A DNA stretch of 64,000 bases from a virus (taxonomy: Duplodnaviria; Caudoviricetes), in IMG/VR virus record IMGVR_UViG_3300026085_000093, positions 128,001 through 192,000 of that record; one strand, written 5' to 3'. The notes under the pieces are model-generated. The model was not told the DNA's origin. It did no database searches and worked only from the letters and a program-made list of their open reading frames with translations. Below are positions 11,562 to 22,453 of this stretch, piece by piece. Every line of letters starts with the position of its first letter. Position 1 is the stretch's first letter. The translations under genes and the position numbers were made by a program.

Positions 11562-14500
11562 TAATAGCCTCCGGTATTATCTGTAGAACCAATTATAAAA
11601 TTATCTGTTGTAGTTTCTTCTGCACTTTGTATTCCGCTTCCTACAAATTCGCTTCGAGTTACTACTGTACCAGACGCTTTAAGTCTTTCTGAAGTTAATG
11701 CATCTATTATTTCAATATCAGAAACAGTTGCACTACTAATTAATATTTCATCTGAATCACATTTGATTTCTTGTAAACTTCCATATGAACTACTTGTAAG
11801 TCTTGGAACAATTACAATACTGTTTACATCGGGTGCTAATTGCTTCATAACATATGCACTCAATTCACTCCAATAAAATGTTTCGCCAAAGTCCCAGTTA
11901 TCTAAAGCAAAAAATTCATTAATTGCTTGAACAATACGAACTTTCAATTCATTATCATTTATGACACGTTCTTTAGATTTTACAACTTTAATTGCTGCTT
12001 GCAAATCTACATCTGCTTTATCTCCGAATAGTACTTTGTACTTTACAGGATGATAAATTATTTCATCACTTATAGATTTTACTTTTTCAATTTCACCGCC
12101 ATAATACCTTGCCATTTGATCACTGCTTAATGGTAAAGGTTTTGTTGTAATAATATTTCTTAAGTATTGTCTAAATGCTGTATCGTATGCTCTTGTCATT
12201 AGATAAACATCAATTACATTTGTGCTGCTAGGATCAATTCTACTATTTTCATCACTTGCATGTACATATCTAAAACTTATACTATCACGACCTATAAATG
12301 CTTTATAATTATAAGAAGGTGATAATGTTCTATTAACTGAATCTAAAATATAAAATTCGTCTGTTGAACTTACATAATACTTAGGATTATTAGGTGTTAG
12401 CAAATTGATATCTGTGCTAAAACCTACAACATTTAAATTCTCGCTTTCTGCTGAAACGTAATTGTACACAGTTGTATTGTTTTGCTGTCTAGATTTTAAG
12501 AAAATATAATTTGTAGGATCTACAATTTCTGTAAACAACTCTGGATTATCAATTACTCCATCGTCGTCGCTATCAAAAAATGCAACTTCTACTCTAGTAC
12601 TATCTATATAACCATCTTGGTCTCTATAAACACTTGAAATTTCCCAATCATAATCTAATGTGTATGATTCTGTTCCTGTGCTAGAATTAACATCATTATT
12701 AATGTTTAGCACCGAAACTCTATCTCTAATAATTTTACCTGATTTGCTGTCAAATATTTTTTTGTTATTATCAAAATAGAATCTTAATTCTGTATCACTT
12801 TCAAATATGTAACGTAAAGTTCTATAAGTTACAGTATATGTTTCACCATCAGTTTCAAATAAGAACAACCAACTGCTGTCAATACGTGAATTACTTACAT
12901 CGCCTGCCTGTCCTAAACTAAAATTACCTGTAATATTTAGGTTGTCTTGAGTAATAACTTTCCAAGATCTAGATTCTCTATCGTAACGCAAACCAAAAGT
13001 GTTGTACGAGAAAATTTGGTCTACCATTTGACCTTGAACATCTACAATCAATTGTGTGCTAAGTTTTGGAATTGCACTATCTAAAACAGCACCGTCAGGT
13101 ATGACATCGTTAAAAATAACACCCCCTAAACCTGTAGTTTCATCTACAGTGTTTCCACCATTAGTAACACTTACACATTTTGTCCAAATATAAGATGTTG
13201 CATATCTGTGTGTTGCATCGCCTAGCATAAGTTTATTATCGTCATTAGTCATGAAATGATAGCCTGCTGGTGCAGTAAATTTAACCATTGCACCAGGTTC
13301 AATAAACCGCAATGGACCTTCAGTAAACGATCCTACTGTATATCTAATGAAGTTACTATCTTGAAACATACCTGTAGTTCTGTTTGTATCTATTGTTTCT
13401 TCGTTCCATGTTAAATTTAATTCTGTGTAATTTTGTCTATTGTAGTTTTCTAAATAAAAGTTTCTAACATTTTTACTTTGCAACAATGGAGTAATTTTGT
13501 TAAAAATTGTTTGTAAAATATCTGATCTTGTTGTAAAATCAAAACTTGTAACTTCGTCAACATACTCTTTATACAAAATACCATCAGTAGCAAAAAGATT
13601 AGTGCTACTGTATTTTCCTGTAGCATCTAAAATATCATAATTTCTACTAATACCACTTGCGATTCTGTTTAGAGATTTTACCTTAATAATATCTTGGCTG
13701 ACGCCTAGTGGACCAACATTGTAATCTTCACCTGTTACCATTCTATTTTGAGTATAGTAAGTAGAAGATGCATTATTCTTAATACTTTCGGTACTTTCAC
13801 TACTTGCACTGTTAGAAATTGTTTCTTGTAGTGATAGTGTTAGGACGAGTGTTTCTGTTCTACCTCTAGAACTAATGTAAGGAATAGTTACTTGTACATC
13901 TTTAATATTATTAGGTAAAATTACAACGTCTGAGTTTTTACTTGTCCTATAATACGTTCTAAATGTTCCTGTAGGTAAATTACCAAAAACACCATCACTA
14001 AAAATTAAACTAATTCTATCATCTGCTCTAGTTAAAACACTAAAAACATTTTTTATATTTTTTGCAATACTATTGTAAACAATATTGTTACCTTCAACAG
14101 CATCAATTTTTGTCCATTCTGTAGTTTCTCTTGAAGAACTGTCTAAGCCAAAAAGCCAAACATCTGTATTGTTAATGTTTGTTGTATCAATATCAATTTT
14201 TTGGTTAGGCACAGGAAAATCTACGCTAAAATCGCCTCTTTGTAATCTACCCTGTTTAAAGTGCATAAAGAAACCTGTGCTAGATGCACCAGGTCCCCTA
14301 CCGTTGTCTCTGTAAATGTAACTTAGTGGATCTGCAGGTTTAGGTGTTGCTTCTTTTAATTCGCCATTGTCAATTATTGTGCTTACAACTTCAAAGTCTA
14401 AACTTTCGCCATTTACGTCACGGTTGAAAGCATAAATCGGAATACCGCCATTGTTAGTTTCAAATGTATACTGCTCTGTTGGAATACCGTCAATAACTTG

Positions 14501-15028
14501 ATTGTTTACAGGACGTCCGAATTGGTTAGACACATTGTTTGCTGCATTTAGAATTTTAACAAAATGTTCAAACCAATCATTATTAACATTATCATTCCAT
14601 AAAATACTTCTACCTGAAAGACTATTTCCATTACTGTCAATTACATTTTCAGATGTTTGAACTGCTGTAATTTTAAGAAAGCCGTTTGCTGCTTGGTTAC
14701 GTGTTACATTATAACTTAATAGTCTTGCTAAACGTAGAACACTTTCTCTACGTTCTGCAAGTTCTAAATAGTTTTCTCTTGCATTTAAATCTGTTCTGTA
14801 TGAAAGGTTTTGCCCAAGAAACGCAATCATATCAATTATTGCAAGATATTCTGAACTTTCAATATAATCATTAAAATCTTCTGGATAATTTTTACGTAGA
14901 TAACTTATCATTGTTCTACGTAGTGTATCAAAGTCATATGACTTAAATTCTGCGTTATTAAAACTCTGATAGATTTTTGTCCAATCCTCAGCAAGCAATA
15001 ATCTATTTTGTCTATCTATAGAAGACAT
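11561..15028 (-). CDS. gp6: Baseplate wedge protein, T4 gp6-like (extended, ~1155 aa)
   Basis: N-terminal AEFKSYDFDTLRRTMISYL...DFNDYIESSE..AIIDMIAFLGQNLSYRTD and TQNRMVTGEDY motifs typical of gp6/baseplate J. The likely start is ATG 15028 (AAGGAA SD 6 nt upstream) rather than GTG 15034. Confidence 0.85.
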   Translation of the reverse strand: MSSIDRQNRLLLAEDWTKIYQSFNNAEFKSYDFDTLRRTMISYLRKNYPEDFNDYIESSEYLAIIDMIAFLGQNLSYRTDLNARENYLELAERRESVLRLARLLSYNVTRNQAANGFLKITAVQTSENVIDSNGNSLSGRSILWNDNVNNDWFEHFVKILNAANNVSNQFGRPVNNQVIDGIPTEQYTFETNNGGIPIYAFNRDVNGESLDFEVVSTIIDNGELKEATPKPADPLSYIYRDNGRGPGASSTGFFMHFKQGRLQRGDFSVDFPVPNQKIDIDTTNINNTDVWLFGLDSSSRETTEWTKIDAVEGNNIVYNSIAKNIKNVFSVLTRADDRISLIFSDGVFGNLPTGTFRTYYRTSKNSDVVILPNNIKDVQVTIPYISSRGRTETLVLTLSLQETISNSASSESTESIKNNASSTYYTQNRMVTGEDYNVGPLGVSQDIIKVKSLNRIASGISRNYDILDATGKYSSTNLFATDGILYKEYVDEVTSFDFTTRSDILQTIFNKITPLLQSKNVRNFYLENYNRQNYTELNLTWNEETIDTNRTTGMFQDSNFIRYTVGSFTEGPLRFIEPGAMVKFTAPAGYHFMTNDDNKLMLGDATHRYATSYIWTKCVSVTNGGNTVDETTGLGGVIFNDVIPDGAVLDSAIPKLSTQLIVDVQGQMVDQIFSYNTFGLRYDRESRSWKVITQDNLNITGNFSLGQAGDVSNSRIDSSWLFLFETDGETYTVTYRTLRYIFESDTELRFYFDNNKKIFDSKSGKIIRDRVSVLNINNDVNSSTGTESYTLDYDWEISSVYRDQDGYIDSTRVEVAFFDSDDDGVIDNPELFTEIVDPTNYIFLKSRQQNNTTVYNYVSAESENLNVVGFSTDINLLTPNNPKYYVSSTDEFYILDSVNRTLSPSYNYKAFIGRDSISFRYVHASDENSRIDPSSTNVIDVYLMTRAYDTAFRQYLRNIITTKPLPLSSDQMARYYGGEIEKVKSISDEIIYHPVKYKVLFGDKADVDLQAAIKVVKSKERVINDNELKVRIVQAINEFFALDNWDFGETFYWSELSAYVMKQLAPDVNSIVIVPRLTSSSYGSLQEIKCDSDEILISSATVSDIEIIDALTSERLKASGTVVTRSEFVGSGIQSAEETTTDNFIIGSTDNTGGY

Positions 15029-15055
15029 GGGCACTTCCTTAACATTAATTTATAA

Positions 15056-15063
15056 TATTTATC
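15056..15063 (-). promoter_or_regulatory. T4-type late promoter (GATAAATA) for gp6/gp7-like genes
   Basis: Matches the TAAATA core recurring before late genes. Confidence 0.7.
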
Positions 15064-15084
15064 TAGGATTATAATACACGTACT

Positions 15085-15531
15085 TTAAAAGATTTCGTTA
15101 TTTAGGTCAAATTCGTATTGTAAAACTTCGGATATATTGTACTCTAAAAATAGTAAAGTTAACTGTATTTGTATGCCTGATTCAAAGGAATCTACTTGTA
15201 CATCTGTTAATGTAACTCTAGGATCTGCATTTGCGATATCAGTTACATTTGCAATAATTGCTTGCTCTACATCTGGTGTAAACGGCTCGTATAAAAGATC
15301 CCATACAATTGTACCAAAATTAGGATTTTCTAATTTTTCACCTACTCTAATGTGAAAATGATTTAAAATATCTCTTTTTATTAGTTCAATATCTGTATAC
15401 TTGAAATTTTTTGTATTAGGATCTGTAGTGCTTACTCCTCTATAAGATTTACTTCTTACAGGATTAGACACTTGATAAGATTTTTGTCTTACCTTTAAAT
15501 TTTTATACAGATTTTTTTCTAGTGTACTCAT
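15085..15531 (-). CDS. gp25: Baseplate wedge/sheath initiator, gp25-like
   Basis: IKRDILNHFHIRVGEKLENPNFGTIVWDLLYEP...DPRV motif of the GPW/gp25 family; adjacent to gp6. Confidence 0.9.
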   Translation of the reverse strand: MSTLEKNLYKNLKVRQKSYQVSNPVRSKSYRGVSTTDPNTKNFKYTDIELIKRDILNHFHIRVGEKLENPNFGTIVWDLLYEPFTPDVEQAIIANVTDIANADPRVTLTDVQVDSFESGIQIQLTLLFLEYNISEVLQYEFDLNNEIF

Positions 15532-15536
15532 AGTAA

Positions 15537-15543
15537 TATTTAG
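15537..15543 (-). promoter_or_regulatory. Late promoter (CTAAATA) 5 nt upstream of the gp25 ATG
   Basis: tatttag on the plus strand. Confidence 0.65.
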
Positions 15544-16079
15544 TTCCTAACTATTTGTCTAACCGCAAGACGTCTAAAATCTTCGTCAGATCTTGCTCCG
15601 TATTTGTCATACATTTCAAGAGCCCAATCTAATCCTATTGTAGGACCATCATAACTAGAAGGTGTTTCTCCTTGCCAAGGAAAAATTTTTTCTAATCTGT
15701 ACGCTAAATCTAATTCAAATTTTACACGGTTAAAATCGTCTAGCAGTGCTTGAGAAATAAGTTTTTGTACTTCTTCAGGAGTAGAATTTAACATTAATCC
15801 ATTACGTATAAACTCTCTTCCATTTACCCGAGTATCAACTCTAGAATCCCAGTCTTCGACTTGTTCAGCAAATGCTGCTTCTGCTTGTCTTGCAATCTGT
15901 GCAGCATAAAATTGTAAAGGTCCAATTATATTATCATATTGCTGTTTTTCTAAATCGGTCAATCCTAAAGGATAACCGTCATCTGCTATATCAGTGCTCA
16001 TATCAATTTTATCAATAAGTCTGTTGATTTCTCTACTAGACATAGGATAAGTTGTTAAAACATTATCAATTGAACTCAT
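15540..16079 (-). CDS. Hypothetical protein (179 aa) in the baseplate operon
   Basis: ORF tightly coupled to both neighbours (4-nt overlap with the upstream gene); no recognisable motif. Confidence 0.65.
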   Translation of the reverse strand: MSSIDNVLTTYPMSSREINRLIDKIDMSTDIADDGYPLGLTDLEKQQYDNIIGPLQFYAAQIARQAEAAFAEQVEDWDSRVDTRVNGREFIRNGLMLNSTPEEVQKLISQALLDDFNRVKFELDLAYRLEKIFPWQGETPSSYDGPTIGLDWALEMYDKYGARSDEDFRRLAVRQIVRN

Positions 16080-16891
16080 ATCACACTCCCTTGTGTTATT
16101 CCACCAGTGTCAACTGCCGTATCACCTGTAGGATATGCAATATCATATTCGGAAGGTATATCCCAATTCCTACGAATATCAGTGAGATATAAATCTGCGC
16201 TAGGATTGTTAATCCAGTAGTTAGAAACTTTATAATTGTCTCCTTGGTTGCCGCCTGCAAGTTGTATTTTAAAACTACCCGGTTCTACAGCCCAAACAAA
16301 TCCCACATGACCTCCTCTACGTGTTCTAGATTTTAAAACAGCAATATCGTATTTTCTAATCTTAGACAAATCTCTCCAATCAATTGCTCGACCGTACCGC
16401 TTATATTCTTGACTTCCCATAGTGTTAAAACTTTCTAAACCTGCGGTTGCTAATACATGACTTACAAATGCTGCACACCATGCATAATCAATTGCACCTG
16501 AATCTCTTGTATATCCTGATCTGCCAGCAGTAACGTAACATGCATAGATATTAGGATTTGGCGGAGATCCTTTTTCAGTCCAGTCTAATCTTCTAAAAGC
16601 AACAAGTGTATTTGCAAGCGCACCGTATGGAGTATCTGCTGGAGGAATATTGGTAATTTGTTCTACTCCACCTCTGTTAGGATTATTATAACTGAAAAAA
16701 TGAGGACTGCCACCTGTTCCACCTTGTCCGCCATCTACTCCTGTAACAGGATCTCCATCTCGTAAATCGCCGATTGTTCCTGGTGGCCATTGTAATGCTT
16801 GTGTACCTTGACTATCTTGTTGTGCTATTTGATCAGTTGGAGACTGTCTCGGAGGCACAACTGCATTTGCTGGTATTATAACTTGACACAT
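16076..16891 (-). CDS. CHAP/NlpC-P60-like peptidoglycan hydrolase (TIGR02594-like), probably virion-associated
   Basis: AWCAAFVSHVLATAGL...GGHVGFV...GGNQGD gives a Cys/His catalytic pair pattern; lies directly downstream of the spike gene. Confidence 0.75.
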   Translation of the reverse strand: MCQVIIPANAVVPPRQSPTDQIAQQDSQGTQALQWPPGTIGDLRDGDPVTGVDGGQGGTGGSPHFFSYNNPNRGGVEQITNIPPADTPYGALANTLVAFRRLDWTEKGSPPNPNIYACYVTAGRSGYTRDSGAIDYAWCAAFVSHVLATAGLESFNTMGSQEYKRYGRAIDWRDLSKIRKYDIAVLKSRTRRGGHVGFVWAVEPGSFKIQLAGGNQGDNYKVSNYWINNPSADLYLTDIRRNWDIPSEYDIAYPTGDTAVDTGGITQGSVI

Positions 16892-16894
16892 TTT

Positions 16895-19387
16895 TTATGC
16901 ACTCCATGTTGTTTCATTTGAAATTGTTGACCTTCCTAAATTATAATAAGCTTGCACTGTAGTTCCATATGCATCAGGATTTACTGAATTACCGTTTCGC
17001 CAATCTCTTACATCTCCTGGACCTTTAAGATGTGCTGCCATTAGCAATCCTGAAATAACACTTACACTATCACCTTCTCTCAAAGCGCCAATTCTGCGTA
17101 GTGTATTTAAATTTTGTGTAGTGTATCTAATTATTGTTGCTTCTTGAACGTCTGGACTGCCTAGCCAATCTTGTAAACTTGAAATGCCATCTCTTCCTGT
17201 CCAGAATGAAGAATCACGCATAACAGTACAGTTTCTCAATCTTCTTGCAAATGTTCCCGATCTAATATATCCCATGTCTTCAAGTGCAGCGTGTCCAAAT
17301 TGGTATTTTCCTGCAAAACATATACTGTTTACAACGTCATATGAATTTCCACTTTCTCTTTGACCTAGCGCATTAAGATAAGTGAGTGTTTCTTGTTCTG
17401 TAAATCCAGGAATGCGTCCTGGTGCAGCAGTTAAAGGTTCTGATGGTGTTCCGCCTTGTGCTCTAGGTACATTAGCATTTGGATCTGTGTATGCGCCAGG
17501 AGGTCCTGCAAAATCTTGTTGTGGACGCTGCTGACTTTGTGTTCTGCCAACCGATGGCTGATTTTGTGGAGGCAAATAAGTATCAGGCACAGCATCAACA
17601 AATGTATCGATTTGCTGTTGACCTGCTCTTGTTTTTTCTGGAGTATATTCCGTTGGATTTAGATTTTCGTGCTGATACCAAGGTTCGTGCATTGGTTGTC
17701 TTGCAGCTTGTTTTGCTCTTGCAGGACTTTCAGGCAGCGCAGGATCAGGTACTGAAGGAAGTGTTGCTGCTTGAGCATCGCTTGCGACACTTGCTGGACT
17801 TCCTGCTGTGTTAAGATGTATGTTAGATCCTGTTGCTTGTATGTTTGCACCATCTGCTTTCAAACTCATTATACTTTTTGAATATAATTTCATTGCCGCT
17901 TCTGTGCTTTTTATTTCTACAGTATTTTCAGCAGTAATTTTTGCACTTAATTTAGCAAGCATATTAATACCCGCTTCGTCACTTTGCATAAAAATAGTTC
18001 CTAATGCTTTTGTATGAAAATCTCCATCAGTTGCAATTTTAACGTACTGACATCCTTCAATTGCAACTTCGCCACCCGCTGATCCAATATTGACTGTAGA
18101 TTCTGCTAAAAAGTCCGCTGTGTTTTGAGAAATAAAACTTACATTGTCAGGAGCATATCCTGCTAAAAACGTGCCAGCAGATAAACTAATTCCTTTTTCA
18201 GCATTTGCTGCAATTTTTGCACCACTTGTTAGTCCTACTTGATCACCTGCATCTATTCTTAATTCTTTACCTACTATGATATTCATATCTTCATAGGCAG
18301 TTAAATTAATGTCTCTATCAGCAACAAAATTTAAATCATTTTCAGAGTGTATACTTACACTATCATGAGAATAAATGTCAATTTTTCCATTTGCTGTAAG
18401 TTCAATCCACGCGGTGCCTCCTGCGTTTCCTATGTAAATTAAATCTTCACTGTTATGCAGAAGAATTTGATGTCCAGTGCGAGTGCGGATTCTAAAAAGT
18501 TCATTTGCAGGTATTTCATAATCACCGCCAGTTTCGTTCTGTTCTAAAGGCACATATTCAGATGGAGTTTCACGTGCAGGACCTCTGCGTAGTAATTTTT
18601 CATCACCGTCGTCCATAACAATACTATGGCCGCCAATTCTACTAGAGAACATGGATGCTGTTGCACCTGCAACACCTTTATCTACTCTAGGAGCACCAGG
18701 ACCTTTATAAAGCGGACCCGGTGTATTCATACCATACACATTACTAGGTGCTTCACGTCTTGCACCACTTGTTGTTAGTCCTCTTGTGTCATCATCTAAT
18801 AAACCTGCTTTAAACAATTGATCTGTTATCCTATCATTTGGAGGTTTAGGATAGTATGTTGGCTGTTTTTGCCCTTGTGGATCTACTCTATTTTTATTGT
18901 ACTCTCCCACTGGTAATTTTTTACCAAGTAATGTAGTAGGAGTCATTGTAGGATCTGTAACAGCAGTTGCAGTATTACCTGCAGGCACAGTAAAATTCAT
19001 ATATTCATCTGGCACACATGCAAACCAAAAACAATAATCATGTCTGCCTTCTACAAATGTTACAAGAACACGTGATCCAGGATCTGGCGGTACTGCCCAA
19101 AATCCATAACTTTGTTGTGTATGAGTATAATCGTTTGGTCCTGTTGCGCCTGTAAGTGGTGTGGTACCAAAAAACGGACTTGCATAAAATGCATCAACAA
19201 TTTGTCCAGGATCAGAATCGTCGTCAGCACTAGATCTTGTCTTAATAAGTTGCACTCTAAGAGCGCCCATAAATCTTTGATCTAAATGACTTACAACTTT
19301 AGCAAGATATGTACCAGGAGTATTTGGTTGCGCTGCGTCTCTACTAGTTCTACCAAGTTCTGTTCTTATAGGTTTAGGTGCTATCAT
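16895..19387 (-). CDS. gp5: gp5/VgrG-like central spike with C-terminal lysozyme-like domain
   Basis: N-terminal OB-fold pattern (YLAKVVSHLD..GALRVQL...GFWAVPPDPGSRVLVTFVEG), RIRTRTGHQILLHNSEDLIYI, beta-helix repeats, a Pro/Gln linker, then LGQRESGNSY...GKYQFG...LMAAHLKG (lysozyme-like). Confidence 0.8.
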   Translation of the reverse strand: MIAPKPIRTELGRTSRDAAQPNTPGTYLAKVVSHLDQRFMGALRVQLIKTRSSADDDSDPGQIVDAFYASPFFGTTPLTGATGPNDYTHTQQSYGFWAVPPDPGSRVLVTFVEGRHDYCFWFACVPDEYMNFTVPAGNTATAVTDPTMTPTTLLGKKLPVGEYNKNRVDPQGQKQPTYYPKPPNDRITDQLFKAGLLDDDTRGLTTSGARREAPSNVYGMNTPGPLYKGPGAPRVDKGVAGATASMFSSRIGGHSIVMDDGDEKLLRRGPARETPSEYVPLEQNETGGDYEIPANELFRIRTRTGHQILLHNSEDLIYIGNAGGTAWIELTANGKIDIYSHDSVSIHSENDLNFVADRDINLTAYEDMNIIVGKELRIDAGDQVGLTSGAKIAANAEKGISLSAGTFLAGYAPDNVSFISQNTADFLAESTVNIGSAGGEVAIEGCQYVKIATDGDFHTKALGTIFMQSDEAGINMLAKLSAKITAENTVEIKSTEAAMKLYSKSIMSLKADGANIQATGSNIHLNTAGSPASVASDAQAATLPSVPDPALPESPARAKQAARQPMHEPWYQHENLNPTEYTPEKTRAGQQQIDTFVDAVPDTYLPPQNQPSVGRTQSQQRPQQDFAGPPGAYTDPNANVPRAQGGTPSEPLTAAPGRIPGFTEQETLTYLNALGQRESGNSYDVVNSICFAGKYQFGHAALEDMGYIRSGTFARRLRNCTVMRDSSFWTGRDGISSLQDWLGSPDVQEATIIRYTTQNLNTLRRIGALREGDSVSVISGLLMAAHLKGPGDVRDWRNGNSVNPDAYGTTVQAYYNLGRSTISNETTWSA

Positions 19388-22152
19388 TATGTGAAAAATC
19401 CTCTTGTCATTTTTCTTGCAACATTAAACACTTCAGGTGCTGCATTTTTTCCTGCTGTTACAATGTCATTGAGCACAGGTGCAACACGTTTTGCTGCATC
19501 ATCTAATGCTCCTCCTATTGCTGTTTCTATTGCTCCGTCTAATGCTTCCATTTTTGCCCTAAAAATTTCTTGAGCAACTTCTGATGGATCCACTGCTCCT
19601 CTTTCTAATACTCGCTGTCGAAGTTGATTTAATGCATCAGCTCCAACTTCGTTCGGTAATTGGAAGTTTCCTAAGTCGCTGACATTTCCTCCTAGAACGT
19701 TTATTGCTGGTGCAAGTGCATTTGTTGTAACGTCTCTAAAAAAGCCAACAAAGTCGCCATACTCTCCCATTGTTCTTTGGAACAAATTATCTATACTTGC
19801 AGATACAACTTTTTGTATATCTATTCTTTCTAATCCTGTAACTTTTAAATATTCTTGTGGTAGTCTTTCAAGTATTTTATTAAAATCATCTACTACATTT
19901 ATAATAGATTGATTAATCAATTGTGTGGCTAAATCTTCAGAAAGATTTTTATCAAACAAACTTGCAATAGAGTTAAGTGTTTGTTCGTCTTGTCCTGGAC
20001 GTCTAACTAATTCTAGTGTTTGTGTAAATCTACCTTTTGAAAAACTATTTCTAACAGTAACAATATTATATAAACCTGTAAACTGTTGTAAAGAGTCTAT
20101 TACCATTTGCCCTTGTCTATAGTCAAACCCAGTTCTAAAATACACAAGGATATCTACTTGTTCATACATAAAAGGTGCTTGTATATTTCCAGCAACATAT
20201 GATCTTGATTGATCAGCAGGTAATCTAAAATTACTTGCATCAGATTCTGCCATATAGTAAGGATCTCCCCAAATTGTTAGTTCTAATGACACGTTTTCTG
20301 TATCACTATTAAGAATTAAATTATTGAAAAGTTCTGCTATTCTACGAGTATTGGTGCTTATCCTTGCACCGCCTGAATTTGACATATCTAATGTATATGG
20401 ATACACTACATTTCTAATTCCAGCATTTACATTAGGAGTAATAAATGTACCGGCTTTTGAAGTTACTCTATTATTTGTAACATTTGGTACATCACTATCT
20501 TCTCCGGATTGTATATTTGTCCATGGCTTATGAAAACTATTGTCAATTGTAAAATTAAAATCAATAATATCAGTATTTCTTCCAGTATAAGAATAAAAAT
20601 ATCCCTTGTCTAAATTTAACGCTCTTTGTGAATAATTAGTTTGAATTGTAGGCGCACCAAAAACACTAGAATGTACTTTATACGGAATAACAATATATTG
20701 AAACTCCATAGCAGATCTGCCACTTTTTGTCATTTCAATTGTATCGAGTATTCTATTTTTTACATCAATTTTAAACCATGTCATCATACCATCAGAATCA
20801 GGATATTGTTCGATTAAACTTCTTCCCCATTCACTTGTTAAAATAACATCTTCAATTATTATTGGTATACTTGTGTTTTGAGGAAATACAAAATTTCTTG
20901 TCAACGGGTCAATTGTAAATTGTGCATCCCTAATTGTTCTTGTAGTTTCATCCCAACTAGAGTTTTCAAATGCAAAACGTATGTTGCCAGGATCTTCAAA
21001 TGTTCTTACAATAGGACTGTTTCCAATATAATTAGAATTTGCATCTTGGAACAGTGTAACATCTGCTGCTGAAAAATCTCCATATTGAACATTACCAGAT
21101 TGTTCTGCTGCTCTAAAAGATTCTACCCTACCTGGTATTCCTAATCCTGTATCAGTTACAGTAGGTGCAGCAGGACCATTAAGTCGAGATTGTAATTCTT
21201 GTCGTTGTCTTTCTAAATTTGTTCGTGCTGCTTCTGCAATAGCCTGATCTCCTGATCCTGATAAGATATCTAAAGCATCTAGATTAGCAATCACAGTACC
21301 TAATTGGTTACGTAAAGAATCTCTTTGTGCTCTTGCAAGAGCAGGATCAACTGCTCCTTGAAAATAACCTATAGGCGCATTTAAAACAGGATCAATTTCA
21401 GGAATAAAAATATCATCTACTTCGATTAAGCCGCCTTCAGGATTTTTTGGAAAAACAATTGTATATCTATCGCCTACAAGTTTCTTACCTTCTTTAACTG
21501 CTTTTTCTTCTATTCTATTTAGACTAGCAGTTAAACTATTATCGCCCTTTTGTAGAACCTCAACAACACTTGTACCTGAAATACTTGTTGTAGTTTGCAT
21601 ATTAGAAATTTGATCTAGCAAATTTAAATGGTTAAAAGGTGTAGCGGTGCAACTGTAATTTGCTCCTCCTGCCGTTACACTGAATTGTATATCAACCCAT
21701 TTAATTGCATAACCTCTACTACCTACTGTTTTACCATGCTCTCCTTGATCAGTATGTCCTATCCAATCTACAGAAATATAAAATGGTGCTTCAATATAAT
21801 TTGCATAACCTGCTTGCAACGCACCAATGGCTAATGCTTGTAAAAACAAACCAACACTATATGGTTCATAAACATTAAATTGAAATGTTACATTATTTGT
21901 TGTACCTGTTGCAGGGTTAGGATTATACAACCCTTCTATTTCAACATCATCCATGAAAAATTCAACTTGTCCGTATTGTTTTTCTAGTTCTGTTAAAACA
22001 GTTTTTTGACCAATGCCGCCGTCTCTAATAATAAGATTTGGTTTATAATTTAAAAAACCACTTTCGTTGTAATCTTGAGGTTCTAGAACTCCAAGAGACC
22101 ATCTATAGTTACAACTCCTAAATTGGTTTAATATATTTGGCTGCATTGCCAT
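19387..22152 (-). CDS. Baseplate hub protein (gp27-like position), 921 aa
   Basis: Sits between gp53-like and gp5-like genes; C-terminal LELTIWGDPYY and FTGLYNIVTVRNSFSKGRFTQTLELVR resemble hub/late-control D proteins. Confidence 0.6.
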   Translation of the reverse strand: MAMQPNILNQFRSCNYRWSLGVLEPQDYNESGFLNYKPNLIIRDGGIGQKTVLTELEKQYGQVEFFMDDVEIEGLYNPNPATGTTNNVTFQFNVYEPYSVGLFLQALAIGALQAGYANYIEAPFYISVDWIGHTDQGEHGKTVGSRGYAIKWVDIQFSVTAGGANYSCTATPFNHLNLLDQISNMQTTTSISGTSVVEVLQKGDNSLTASLNRIEEKAVKEGKKLVGDRYTIVFPKNPEGGLIEVDDIFIPEIDPVLNAPIGYFQGAVDPALARAQRDSLRNQLGTVIANLDALDILSGSGDQAIAEAARTNLERQRQELQSRLNGPAAPTVTDTGLGIPGRVESFRAAEQSGNVQYGDFSAADVTLFQDANSNYIGNSPIVRTFEDPGNIRFAFENSSWDETTRTIRDAQFTIDPLTRNFVFPQNTSIPIIIEDVILTSEWGRSLIEQYPDSDGMMTWFKIDVKNRILDTIEMTKSGRSAMEFQYIVIPYKVHSSVFGAPTIQTNYSQRALNLDKGYFYSYTGRNTDIIDFNFTIDNSFHKPWTNIQSGEDSDVPNVTNNRVTSKAGTFITPNVNAGIRNVVYPYTLDMSNSGGARISTNTRRIAELFNNLILNSDTENVSLELTIWGDPYYMAESDASNFRLPADQSRSYVAGNIQAPFMYEQVDILVYFRTGFDYRQGQMVIDSLQQFTGLYNIVTVRNSFSKGRFTQTLELVRRPGQDEQTLNSIASLFDKNLSEDLATQLINQSIINVVDDFNKILERLPQEYLKVTGLERIDIQKVVSASIDNLFQRTMGEYGDFVGFFRDVTTNALAPAINVLGGNVSDLGNFQLPNEVGADALNQLRQRVLERGAVDPSEVAQEIFRAKMEALDGAIETAIGGALDDAAKRVAPVLNDIVTAGKNAAPEVFNVARKMTRGFFT

Positions 22153-22153
22153 A

Positions 22154-22453
22154 CTAAACTCCTAATACTGATAACAATGTAGATTTTTTTGGCAAATATA
22201 TTTGTGTTCCTGTTTTAAAATCAAATACAGGATCTTTTAAAATATCCATATTACGTTGTGCAAATACCCACCATAGTTTGGGTGTTTCATACACATCAAA
22301 AGCAAGCAAGTCTGGTCTATAATTGTAAACAGGTTCTATTGTATATAAAATGTCGTCTTCTGTTTCGGGTATAAATCTAGGTGAAAATATACCTAATGCT
22401 CCGTTTCTAGTATATTTTGTTTGTGAATATGGACTAGTATTAGCATATGGCAT
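22154..22453 (-). CDS. gp53: LysM-like baseplate wedge protein (gp53-like)
   Basis: YNYRPDLLAFDVYETPKLWWVFAQRN is the typical gp53/LysM wedge motif. Confidence 0.75.
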   Translation of the reverse strand: MPYANTSPYSQTKYTRNGALGIFSPRFIPETEDDILYTIEPVYNYRPDLLAFDVYETPKLWWVFAQRNMDILKDPVFDFKTGTQIYLPKKSTLLSVLGV

